This document shows, one piece after another, positions 43,372-53,857 of a DNA stretch of 64,000 nucleotides. The notes under the pieces are model-generated. The model was not told the DNA's origin. It did no database searches and saw only the letters and a program-made list of their open reading frames with translations. The stretch is from the NCBI GenBank assembly GCA_021818465.1, contig JAKAEA010000001.1, forward strand, positions 311,712-375,711, written 5' to 3'. Within the stretch, counting starts at the first letter, position 1, and the number at the start of each line of letters is the position of its first letter. The stretch is from a bacterium (GTDB taxonomy: Bacteria > Patescibacteriota > Minisyncoccia > Phycocordibacterales > JAKAEA01). The translations under genes and the position numbers were made by a program.

Positions 43372-45564
43372 TTATTTTTTCTTGCGAGCGAAGCCGCGCG
43401 GTTTTTTCGGTTCGCGGAGAATTTGCAAGGCGCGTTCGAGGCCGATAGTGTAGACATCGTCGGTTTTGAGCGAACGAAAGTCGCCGTCACGCACGATGTA
43501 CGGGCCGAAGCGGCCGTTGGAAGCGACCACCTCTTTGCCGGTATCAGGATCAAGGCCGAGCGAGCGTGGCAAGCTTAAATACGTGAGCGCGTCGTCTACC
43601 GTGACCGCGCTCGGATCTTTTGTTTTCGGGATACTGGCCATTTTGGGTTTTTCGGTTTTTTTGCCTTTGACTTTTGCGGGCATTTCGCCGAGTTGGACAT
43701 AGGGACCGAAGCGGCCGATTTTAACGAAAATGGGCAGACCCCTCGCCGGGTCGTTGCCGATGGGTTTGTCGGTGGCGATTTCTTTTCCTTCCAAGGTAAG
43801 CGCGCCGGTGCAATCAGGGAAACGGCTACAGCTCAAGAATTTACCGTTTTTGCCGAGCTTCACGATCATTGACGCACCGCAGACGGGGCACTTGAACTGC
43901 GGATCAGCCGGGCCGAGGTCGGTAATTTTTTTAGAACTTTTTGATTTTTCCTTTATCTCTTTTGTGAAGGGTTTATAAAATGCGGAGAGCACTGGTGCGT
44001 ATTCCTTATCGCCGTTGGCGATTTCATCCAGTTCGTTTTCCATTTCCGCGGTGAAGGCGTCGCTTACGTAGTGGCTGAAATTATTTTCCAAAAAGGTGCT
44101 GACCACGTCGCCGGTGTCGGTCGGTTTTAGGGCGCGATCAATTTTTTCCACGTAGCCGCGGTCTAGGAGCGTTTTAATAATAGACGCGTAGGTGCTCGGT
44201 CGGCCGATACCGCGTGCCTCCAGCTCTTTGACCAAGCCGGCTTCGGAGTAGCGCGCCGGCGGTTGGGTTTGCTTTTCGTCGGTGTGTAGAGCGACCAAGG
44301 AAAGAGCGTCGCCACTCGCGACCGCGGGCAAGATGACGTCATCTTGCTGGGCGCCTGGGTCGACGCGCAGCCAGCCGTCAAAGAGAATGCGCGAACCGTT
44401 TGCGGTGAAATCGGGGATTTTTGTCGTGCCGGAAATGTTGGCCGTTACTTTGGTGCGTAGCGTTTTTGCATCAGCCATCTGCGAGGCCACGGTGCGCTGC
44501 CAGATGAGCTGGTAGAGGCGCTTTTGTTCGTCGGTGTAGCCGGCGCTTTGGCGAGTGACGTTGGTCGGGCGAATAGCTTCGTGCGCCTCTTGAGCATTTT
44601 TGCTTTTCGTCTGATACTGACGCGTCTCCAAATAGTGTTCACTGAACTCGGTGCGTACCAGCGTGGCAATTTGGCCAATCGCTTGGCCGCTTAAGGTGGT
44701 GCTGTCGGTGCGCATGTAGGTGATAAGGCCGGCTTCGTAGAGCTTTTGGGCAACGAGCATGGTGCGCGAGGGTGAGAAACCTAAACGAGAGCTGGCAGTC
44801 TGCTGCAGCGTGGAGGTGGTAAACGGCGCTCGCGGTGCGCGCTTCACCTCGGTTTCTTTGACATCAGTAATGTGCCACGTGCCCTTTTCGCCGGCCGCCA
44901 CGATTCGTTCCATCTCTTTTTTGTCGCGCGGCTCGTCGCTGCAGGTGAAGGTAAGAGTTTTTTTGTCGGCGGTCGCGAGGTCGGCGCTGATGACCCAAAA
45001 TGTTTCCGGCACAAACGCCCGAATTTCGCGCTCGCGTTCCATCAAAATACGCAAGGCTGGCGATTGAACGCGGCCAGCCGAGAGGCCGTAGCGCACCTTT
45101 TTCCAAATCAAACCGGACAAGTCGTAGCCAACCAAGCGATCCAAAACGCGGCGGGCCTCCTGCGCTTCCTTGAGGCGCATATCTATTTTTCTCGGATGAG
45201 CCAGCGCCTCGGTCACGGCGTCTTTGGTAATTTCGTGAAAGACGACGCGCTCAGGACTTTTCAAATGAGCCGCTTGGGCAACGTGCCAAGCGATCGCTTC
45301 ACCTTCGCGGTCGGGGTCGGTGGCCAGCAATACTTCGTCGGCTTTTTCGGCTAAGTGCTCAATCTGGTGCACCACTTTTTCTTTCCCTTTGGAAATTTCG
45401 TAGTGCGGCGCAAAATCGTGATCAAAGTCGATAGCTTTTTTATTGCTCTTCGGCAAATCACGAATATGACCAACCGAAGCGACTACTTCATAGTCGCCGG
45501 CACCCGCCAGGTATTTCGAGATCGTTTTCGCCTTACTGGGCGACTCAACAATGACAAGCTTCAT
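43372..45564 (-). CDS. topA: DNA topoisomerase I
   Basis: IVESPSKAKTI, ATDPDREGEAI, SAGRVQS, ITYMRTDS, one Zn ribbon plus Topo_C repeats (GRFGPY). Confidence 0.98.
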   Translation of the reverse strand: MKLVIVESPSKAKTISKYLAGAGDYEVVASVGHIRDLPKSNKKAIDFDHDFAPHYEISKGKEKVVHQIEHLAEKADEVLLATDPDREGEAIAWHVAQAAHLKSPERVVFHEITKDAVTEALAHPRKIDMRLKEAQEARRVLDRLVGYDLSGLIWKKVRYGLSAGRVQSPALRILMEREREIRAFVPETFWVISADLATADKKTLTFTCSDEPRDKKEMERIVAAGEKGTWHITDVKETEVKRAPRAPFTTSTLQQTASSRLGFSPSRTMLVAQKLYEAGLITYMRTDSTTLSGQAIGQIATLVRTEFSEHYLETRQYQTKSKNAQEAHEAIRPTNVTRQSAGYTDEQKRLYQLIWQRTVASQMADAKTLRTKVTANISGTTKIPDFTANGSRILFDGWLRVDPGAQQDDVILPAVASGDALSLVALHTDEKQTQPPARYSEAGLVKELEARGIGRPSTYASIIKTLLDRGYVEKIDRALKPTDTGDVVSTFLENNFSHYVSDAFTAEMENELDEIANGDKEYAPVLSAFYKPFTKEIKEKSKSSKKITDLGPADPQFKCPVCGASMIVKLGKNGKFLSCSRFPDCTGALTLEGKEIATDKPIGNDPARGLPIFVKIGRFGPYVQLGEMPAKVKGKKTEKPKMASIPKTKDPSAVTVDDALTYLSLPRSLGLDPDTGKEVVASNGRFGPYIVRDGDFRSLKTDDVYTIGLERALQILREPKKPRGFARKKK

Positions 45565-45666
45565 ACAACGTCTACCATTAATACTACGCATCGCTTTTTT
45601 TGGCAAATCCGCCAGCGGCAAAATAGGGGATAGTGCTGTATTTTTTCTTAGGATGTATACGTGTGG

Positions 45667-46728
45667 TTAAAGGTGCAGGTGATCCAAAACATGATTGTTG
45701 TTATTGTGGTTGTTATCGTGACCGGTATTCTTGGCGGGATGCGCCCAGGCGTTGACGGAGTCACTGCTTTGCTGAACGGAATTGATTAAATTGCCAATCG
45801 GGTCGTTGCCGTTTCCTTGATTGTTTTTGGAATTATTCTCTTTTGTGTTTGGTTGAGTGTGATCAAATTGTTGCGGATACAACAATGGATGCGCGGGTAT
45901 CTCGGGAGAGGTCGTGGCGAATGTGTGCACCGAGGCGTGCGCTGGTGCATGAAGTGATGTCTCAGATGACGACGAGGTTATCTTGGGCGTATTGGTCGCG
46001 GTGCTCGTTGCGATGGCGGGAGTATTAGTATTGACGCGCGTTGCGATGTTGTGCAGGGCGGCTTGGAGGCCGTAGGCGTGGCCGTGACTGCGAGCAATGG
46101 CGTCGAGTTGATTTAAAATTTCGGTATGCGCCTGCATATTTGCTTGGAATTGTTCGCTGATACGTTGGGCTTCGGCCGGGTCGGTTTTGGCAATAGACGC
46201 TAAGGCGCTATTGAGCGCTTCGGTGTGTTGCAAGAGGAGACTGGAGAGCTGCTGCTCGTTTGCGCTATTGAGTTGGCCGCTTTTTGCCAGAGCTTCGCCC
46301 TCTTGCAAACGTTGATTAGCAAAATTTGCCGCCAGGGCCGCTTTGGCGGTCACTGAAAACGCGAGCGCCTCTTGAATTGGTTCCGTGACGTCAACTTTTA
46401 TCGGGTAGAGGGCATCGCCCGGCAAACTGCCTTGGGCGGCGAATGCGACGCCGGTGCCGGAGAAGATGATGATAAGCACGGCCGCCCAAACGTACGCGAA
46501 ACGCTGGCGCGGTAGCCAGGTGAGCGTCGTTCGCGTTCGTTGCCAGAGCGTTTCGTACCAGAAATATGAGCGCGTGCTCTCGGTCGCCGTTCGTTCTTCG
46601 AGGCGAGAAAAGAGCGCCTGCTTTTCTTTGTCGGTCAGGCCGATTTTTTGCAGATCGCGTGCACCGCGACGAAGCGTTTCGTCGAGTTTAGGATCGTTGG
46701 TATGCGGTTGAAAATGGTGGCGGTTCAT
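45667..46728 (-). CDS. putative anti-sigma factor (TM plus DUF5667-like domain)
   Basis: ATGA overlap with the sigma gene; TM; SLPGDALYPIK...E...A..RL.E; low-complexity His/Asn tail. Confidence 0.75.
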   Translation of the reverse strand: MNRHHFQPHTNDPKLDETLRRGARDLQKIGLTDKEKQALFSRLEERTATESTRSYFWYETLWQRTRTTLTWLPRQRFAYVWAAVLIIIFSGTGVAFAAQGSLPGDALYPIKVDVTEPIQEALAFSVTAKAALAANFANQRLQEGEALAKSGQLNSANEQQLSSLLLQHTEALNSALASIAKTDPAEAQRISEQFQANMQAHTEILNQLDAIARSHGHAYGLQAALHNIATRVNTNTPAIATSTATNTPKITSSSSETSLHAPAHASVHTFATTSPEIPAHPLLYPQQFDHTQPNTKENNSKNNQGNGNDPIGNLINSVQQSSDSVNAWAHPAKNTGHDNNHNNNNHVLDHLHL

Positions 46729-47309
46729 GGGTTTGTTTGATTGTCGTGTTCGCTGCGTTCGTCGTAGCCGGCGCGCGAGCGTAATTTCTTGAGCGCGCGG
46801 TTGACGCGGACGGATGTGGCGTTAGCCGATATGCCTAGTATCGCTCCGATATCTGCCGGCGGCAAACCTTCAACGAAGCGCAAGTAGAGCACCTGACGAT
46901 CGCCAGACTCGAGGGTGTTTATTTTTTCCAAGAGTAAGCGTCCCTCGGCGCCGACTGCCAGTCGCTCGGGCGAGGAAGCGAAGGATGTTTCGTCGGGCGG
47001 TTCAAAAGATTCGTCATCGGCTGCGGCGGCCATAGCCTCCAAAGAGACACTCTTGCGCGTACGATACCAATCGATGATGAGGTGGTGGGCGACGGTAAAC
47101 AGAAAAGCGCGCGGATTGTGCATCTGTTTTGCTTGCTGCGGATTTTGTTCCTGCTCCATAAAGGTTCGCCAGAGGCGCATGAAAGTCTCTTCGGTGATAT
47201 CTATAGCTTGTTCCCGATCGGATACTCGTACCAAGCAGAAGCGAAAAATAGCGTCGGCGTGCGCGGTGTAAATATCGGTAAAGCGTTTTTTGAGGCTTTC
47301 TATAGTCAT
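46725..47309 (-). CDS. ECF sigma-70 factor
   Basis: A.DI..ETF..LW, FLF.VA...IID..R, LRFVEGL....IG..LG.S.....V...RA...LR. Confidence 0.93.
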   Translation of the reverse strand: MTIESLKKRFTDIYTAHADAIFRFCLVRVSDREQAIDITEETFMRLWRTFMEQEQNPQQAKQMHNPRAFLFTVAHHLIIDWYRTRKSVSLEAMAAAADDESFEPPDETSFASSPERLAVGAEGRLLLEKINTLESGDRQVLYLRFVEGLPPADIGAILGISANATSVRVNRALKKLRSRAGYDERSEHDNQTNP

Positions 47310-47396
47310 ATAACGAATAAGGAGGCGATTCTTTACCTAAAAATAGAACACATTACTGAATATGTCCAGGTAAGGGCTCTTGGCGTGGCTCGTTAT
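47310..47396. promoter_or_regulatory. pair of divergent putative ECF promoters AGGTAA-N16-TCGTTAT
   Basis: Minus copy 47338->47310 and plus copy 47368->47396, identical boxes and spacing. Confidence 0.75.
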
Positions 47397-47463
47397 CTCT
47401 GGAGTGTCGACAGCAGACTAGTTCATTGCTGTTGCGCACCTATTACCAATAATCACTATCACT

Positions 47464-48456
47464 ATGACACGCACCACATTCGTTCGTATCTTCGTCGGCA
47501 CGTTGGCTACATCACTTTTTGCAGTGATGCCGTTTGCCGCTTTTGCCGCACCAGGAAACGGACACGGACATGCGTACGGTCTCGTGGGTAGGGAAACGGT
47601 ACACGCTTCTGATGCACATACTTCAAAAAATACTCCTCACATTCCGTCCAATACAAGTCTCTTGAGTTGGCTCGATGGTTTAGGAGTTTATACGAATACG
47701 CAATTCCATACTTTTTTGAAAGATATGCATGGTTTATCGTCGTACTTTAAACCACAGCCGTCGCAGCATCCACCTATTACTACCGACGGGGATCACAATG
47801 ATGATTCCAACAATGGTTCTACCACTGTTGCCGCCGAAGCGCCGGTCATTAATGGCATCAGTGCGCCGACCGTCCTCTCCGTCAATCAGACGGGCACCTG
47901 GACCGTCAACGCGTCCGATCCGCAAAACAGCCAGCTGACCTACTCGGTTAACTGGGGCGACAATGGGCCGCTACCGTTCTTCTTTAACTTCATGAATACG
48001 CCGGTCTTCACGCAGTCCGCGAGCTTCAGCCACGCCTACGCCAACCCGGGCACCTACACCGTAACCTTCACGGTTCGCGATAGCGCTGGCTTGAGCACGA
48101 GCTCGTCGCTCACTATCCAGGTGACCGCCCTGCCGACGCCGCTAGTGCTCAGTAATGTCACTGCCACGTCAACAGGTTCCACCACGGCAACCATCTCTTG
48201 GAATTCCAATCTCCAAGGTGATACCGAGCTGTGGCTTGGCACCACCACGCCGGTTACCACTTCAAGCACCCCGCTCATTGATGTACACAACGCGGTAACA
48301 GCTCACAGCGTCACCTTAAGCGGTCTAACTGCAAGCACCACCTACTACGCTGTCGTCGGCACTCAAACCACCGCCAACGGCATTACCACGATGGCGACAT
48401 CTTCGCCGGTACAATTTATCACCGCGTCCTCAACCGCCACGTCGACATCGAGCTAA
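47464..48456 (+). CDS. secreted PKD plus FN3-like domain protein
   Basis: Signal peptide (AAFA); Y.VNWGD, HAY..PGTYTV.FTV.D PKD motif; ATISW...HSV.L.GL...TTYY FN3-like motif. Confidence 0.85.
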   Translation: MTRTTFVRIFVGTLATSLFAVMPFAAFAAPGNGHGHAYGLVGRETVHASDAHTSKNTPHIPSNTSLLSWLDGLGVYTNTQFHTFLKDMHGLSSYFKPQPSQHPPITTDGDHNDDSNNGSTTVAAEAPVINGISAPTVLSVNQTGTWTVNASDPQNSQLTYSVNWGDNGPLPFFFNFMNTPVFTQSASFSHAYANPGTYTVTFTVRDSAGLSTSSSLTIQVTALPTPLVLSNVTATSTGSTTATISWNSNLQGDTELWLGTTTPVTTSSTPLIDVHNAVTAHSVTLSGLTASTTYYAVVGTQTTANGITTMATSSPVQFITASSTATSTSS

Positions 48457-48504
48457 GGCTCGTCATACGCCTGACAAGGCGTTGAGGAAAAAGCATTGTG
48501 CTGT

Positions 48505-48531
48505 ACAAAAGCCCTCCGACGGGGCTTTTGT
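48505..48531 (+). terminator. intrinsic terminator
   Basis: ACAAAAGCCCT-CCGAC-GGGGCTTTTGT. Confidence 0.8.
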
Positions 48532-48706
48532 GTTAGGTCGACTCCATTTTTTCTTGAGGAAAATTTTACGAGAATTTTATCACCGGCCTGCTATGCTCAG
48601 CCGATGAAGATTGACAGTCGTAGCTCTTTATTTGCCAACAGTAGAAAAATCTATTACAACACGCAATCTTGATTAGCACGTGGCAGATTGGAAGTAGAAT
48701 ATTTCG

Positions 48707-49336
48707 ATGGCTTACATTTTTTTGGATGAGAGTGGCGATTTGGGTTTTGGCAAAAAATCGTCAAAATGGTTTCTTTTTACGCTGGTAGTCGTCGATAATC
48801 CCCGAAAATTAGAGCGTCTTATTAAAAAGGTAAGAAAGACGATCAGAAAAAAATACAAGCATGTCCTATCGGAACTTCATGCTTATCACGCCGACGATGT
48901 CACTCGCATCCGTGTACTAAAGGCTATAGCTAAGCTTGATATTGCCGTTGTTACCACAATCCTCAATAAGCAAAAAGTCTATGTTGACCTGCAAAACCAG
49001 AAAAACTATCTTTACAACTACACCGCGAACATAATCCTTGATCGTTTAATGAATGCAACGTTGGTAGATGGCGCAAAGGAAATGTATCTTGTCGTTGATA
49101 GGAAAGATACCAAAAAGAATCTTCGCCAGAATTTTATCTCGTATATTTCAGAAGCCATGAACAAACGTAAAAGAGGCGGATTCAAAATGACTCTTGCCGC
49201 GTCTCACGACGAGAAAGGCCTGCAAGCGGTGGACTTCATTTCTTGGGCCATTTTTAGAAAATATGAGAAAGGAGACTGTGAGTTTTATGAGATTATTAAG
49301 TCCAAGATCGTGGACGAACGCTTGCTTTTCCCATAA
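48707..49336 (+). CDS. DUF3800 family protein (RNase H-like fold)
   Basis: N-terminal YIFLDESGDLG, ELH, C-terminal S.....LQAVDFISWAI. Confidence 0.85.
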   Translation: MAYIFLDESGDLGFGKKSSKWFLFTLVVVDNPRKLERLIKKVRKTIRKKYKHVLSELHAYHADDVTRIRVLKAIAKLDIAVVTTILNKQKVYVDLQNQKNYLYNYTANIILDRLMNATLVDGAKEMYLVVDRKDTKKNLRQNFISYISEAMNKRKRGGFKMTLAASHDEKGLQAVDFISWAIFRKYEKGDCEFYEIIKSKIVDERLLFP

Positions 49337-49401
49337 AAGAAAGCCCCCCGCTTTAACGGGACGCCATTCGGTATCCCAACGCGGGGGGACTTACTTCTTA
49401 T
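49335..49401 (-). ncRNA. putative small RNA convergent with the DUF3800 gene
   Basis: Minus-strand promoter TTGTAA-N17-TAGTCT (TG-extended) at 49436->49408; nested hairpin; ends in TTTCTTTT at the DUF3800 stop codon. Confidence 0.6.
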
Positions 49402-49474
49402 AGATATAGACTAGCACGATAGGCTAATAATTACAAGCTTATCCACATCCAAAATTTGTTGCGAAGTAAAGGCT

Positions 49475-49972
49475 TTAACAGTCCAATTTTTCAATATCTT
49501 TCAAAATCTCGGCGGCGTGCGTCGCTGGGTCCACGTCTGGGTACACGGCAATGATTTTTCCAACGTCAGTACCACTCGCGGCAATTAGGTACGACACCCG
49601 GGCTGTCCCGCCGGCAAATGGTCCCGACTCGCGAATGGCCTCGTAGGCGCCAATAGTTTCTTTTCGCTCGTCGGAGAGCAAGGTAAAGGGCAAATGGTAC
49701 TTCTCGGCGAATTTTTTATGACTAGCCACCGAATCCTTAGACACGCCGAAGACCTTGATATCCGCCCGCTGGAAATCCTCATACCGCTCGGCAATCGTAC
49801 ACGCTTCCGTAGTGCACCCCGGCGTGTCATCCTTGGGATAGAAGTAGAGGAGGATAAATCGCGTCGGCGGAGTAGTCTGACTGGCGTTTTTTAAATGGTA
49901 CGCCAGCGTATGTTCCCGTCCATCTTGGTCGGGGAGGGAGAATTCTGGGGCTTGGGTGGTGATGTTGAGCAT
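49475..49972 (-). CDS. bcp: peroxiredoxin (BCP/PrxQ)
   Basis: AP.FSLPDQ.G, LYFYPKDDTPGCTTEAC, GVSKD...SH.KF. Confidence 0.93.
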   Translation of the reverse strand: MLNITTQAPEFSLPDQDGREHTLAYHLKNASQTTPPTRFILLYFYPKDDTPGCTTEACTIAERYEDFQRADIKVFGVSKDSVASHKKFAEKYHLPFTLLSDERKETIGAYEAIRESGPFAGGTARVSYLIAASGTDVGKIIAVYPDVDPATHAAEILKDIEKLDC

Positions 49973-50079
49973 ATCCTTATTATGACATATATGGAGATAA
50001 AATGTTTCTAAAATTTTTCTAAAGAAAAGTTGAAGAAAAGGTAAAATTGTGGTTATATACTGGTATAACATTTCACTCT

Positions 50080-51650
<1,571 letters not shown>

Positions 51651-51654
<4 letters not shown>

Positions 51655-51992
51655 TCATGGCGGATTACTACGACACAATGCAAGTGTGCGTGCGATGGGG
51701 GCACAAGACGACGGAATACTATAACCGAAGCCCGCAGTGGGGTGCCGACTTCTGTCCGCAATGCGGAAGCGCGACTACCATCGTGTGTGGAAAATGTGGG
51801 GCTAACATACGTGGTCACCATCATTTTGATGGTTTTTTCTCTGCCGTAGACACTAAAGTGCCTCTCAACTGCCATGCCTGCGGCGTAGCGTATTCATGGA
51901 AGTTTCGACACGTCGTAAGAAACTTCTTCAAGGCGTTAGTCGCACCCGTGAAGTACCTGATAGACGCCCTGGTGAGCGTTTTCAAGAAATGA
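51651..51992 (+). CDS. DUF2321-like Zn-ribbon protein inserted in the R-M operon
   Basis: QVC...GH, FCPQCG, CGKCGA.IRG, P..CHACG..Y.W; 4-nt overlaps with hsdM and hsdS. Confidence 0.7.
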
Positions 51993-53155
51993 GCATGGCA
52001 ACTACCGAATGGAAAGAAACAACACTTGGTGATGTCTGCCTTGTTGAGAGTGGCGGGACTCCTTCGACAGCGAATAATACATACTGGAGTGGCTCGGTCT
52101 CTTGGATAACGCCTCGAGACCTGGCGTCACATGAAGGCCGTTGGATTGAACAAGGCGAAAAGAACATTACGGAAGAAGGGTTGCGAAACTCTTCTGCGCG
52201 CTTGCTGCCGAAAAACACCGTACTTTTTTCTTCGCGTGCTCCCATCGGTTATGTAGCAATCGCTGCACGAGAACTGGCAACGAATCAGGGTTTAAAGAAT
52301 CTTGTATGTGATGAGAAAGAGACGCATTACAAGTTTATCTACTATTGGCTGAAGGCGAACGTGCATGCTATCGAGCGACGGGCGTCTGGCTCTACTTTTG
52401 CTGAAGCGTCCGCGACGGTAATGAAAACACAGGAGGTGTTGCTTCCGCCACTTGACGAGCAGCGCTCCATTGCAACAGTGCTCTCTAGCTTGGACGACAA
52501 AATCGAACTCCTACGACGGCAGAATGAGACACTAGAGCAGATTGCGCAGGCGATTTTCAACGAGTGGTTCGTGAAGCCGACGAGTAAGCGCGTACCGCTT
52601 CGCGAGTTGGTTGAGTTCAACCCAGCCACACCACTCAAAAAAGGAACCGTTGCGGCCTATTTTGACATGGGTGCGCTACCGACCGTGGGCAGTTGGCCCG
52701 AAGAACCCATACAAAGACCCTTCGGCTCGGGGGCGAAGTTCCAAAATGGAGACACTCTGCTTGCACGCATTACTCCTTGTCTCGAAAATGGCAAGACCGC
52801 ATTTGTGCAGCGTCTAAAAAATGGTGAGGTTGCGTGGGGTTCAACTGAATTCATCGTAATCCGCCCAAACTCACCGCTACCGCCTACGTTTGGGTATTTG
52901 CTCGCCAGGAATCCTTCGTTTCGAGATTTTACTATACGCGCAATGACTGGCACGTCTGGTAGGCAGCGCGTACAGGTAGATATGCTGCTCGAATATGAGG
53001 TCTCAATGCCGAGCGACGATGTGATATCGGAGTTCTCTCATGCGGTCGAGGTCATATTCTCAAAAATAAAGAACAATGCCGAGCAAGCCGACACACTGGC
53101 AGCTACGCGCGATGCGCTGTTGCCGCGGCTGATGAGTGGCGAAATACGAGTATAA
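51989..53155 (+). CDS. hsdS: type I R-M specificity subunit S
   Basis: GGTPST, SSRAPIG, P.LDEQ..I...L..LDDKI, second TRD ARITPCLENGK, RD.LLPRLMSGEIRV. Confidence 0.95.
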   Translation: MSMATTEWKETTLGDVCLVESGGTPSTANNTYWSGSVSWITPRDLASHEGRWIEQGEKNITEEGLRNSSARLLPKNTVLFSSRAPIGYVAIAARELATNQGLKNLVCDEKETHYKFIYYWLKANVHAIERRASGSTFAEASATVMKTQEVLLPPLDEQRSIATVLSSLDDKIELLRRQNETLEQIAQAIFNEWFVKPTSKRVPLRELVEFNPATPLKKGTVAAYFDMGALPTVGSWPEEPIQRPFGSGAKFQNGDTLLARITPCLENGKTAFVQRLKNGEVAWGSTEFIVIRPNSPLPPTFGYLLARNPSFRDFTIRAMTGTSGRQRVQVDMLLEYEVSMPSDDVISEFSHAVEVIFSKIKNNAEQADTLAATRDALLPRLMSGEIRV

Positions 53156-53157
53156 AT

Positions 53158-53856
53158 ATGAGAATAATCAAACTTTACTTCAGAATATTTTGGATACCCG
53201 TCCTCCTCCTTGTGGCGGCGGTTGGGTGCTGGATTTTTGTTCCCAGTACAATAGATGTTTTTGATGCTGGAGTATTAGGTACAGCATTTGGTGTAGGCAT
53301 ATCAATTTTTGCTGCTGAAGGAATGAAGAAAGTGTCCGAACATAAACGCGTCAAGAGAACATTCGTCTTTTTGAAGCTGATCACTATTCCGTATCTAAAG
53401 AATCAGGCAGAAAATATATCTGCCACATTGAATAAATACCGCGATTTATGCTCCATAGAACAAACGGTAGATTTTCTTACATTGGGTGCACATTTTGATG
53501 CCATTGCGACAAATTTTGACAAAAGTTGGCTCCAGTTGGTGTACTCCCAGGATTTTGTTGATGCTATAGAGTCTGACGACCACTTCAATAAATTGGCGAA
53601 TGCAATTCTTGAGGTGCTTCTATTCATTAAACAGGCGACAGGGCAATCAATTAACGCGAAAACACTTCTTATGATGAACAATATCTCCAACCTCAATGAT
53701 ATTCAGAAACAAGAGATGATGACTCGTGCAAAAAAGATAAGAGACGATCTTTTAGATAATGTTCAAAAGTTGGAAAAATATATAGGTAAACTTGACGAAG
53801 AAATAATCGCATTTTTGATCAAGAATGGAGCTACGTATAGCGAATTTGAAAGATAA
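53158..53856 (+). CDS. AT-rich hypothetical protein with two N-terminal TM helices, inserted between hsdS and hsdR
   Basis: Two hydrophobic segments then a helical domain; 1-2 nt gaps to neighbours. Confidence 0.75.
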   Translation: MRIIKLYFRIFWIPVLLLVAAVGCWIFVPSTIDVFDAGVLGTAFGVGISIFAAEGMKKVSEHKRVKRTFVFLKLITIPYLKNQAENISATLNKYRDLCSIEQTVDFLTLGAHFDAIATNFDKSWLQLVYSQDFVDAIESDDHFNKLANAILEVLLFIKQATGQSINAKTLLMMNNISNLNDIQKQEMMTRAKKIRDDLLDNVQKLEKYIGKLDEEIIAFLIKNGATYSEFER

Positions 53857-53857
53857 T

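Noticed and set aside
49439-49447. Perfect DnaA box TTATCCACA as a replication origin
   Set aside because: Single box; only isolated near-matches elsewhere (about 36883 and 60230), with no cluster and no dnaA or dnaN nearby
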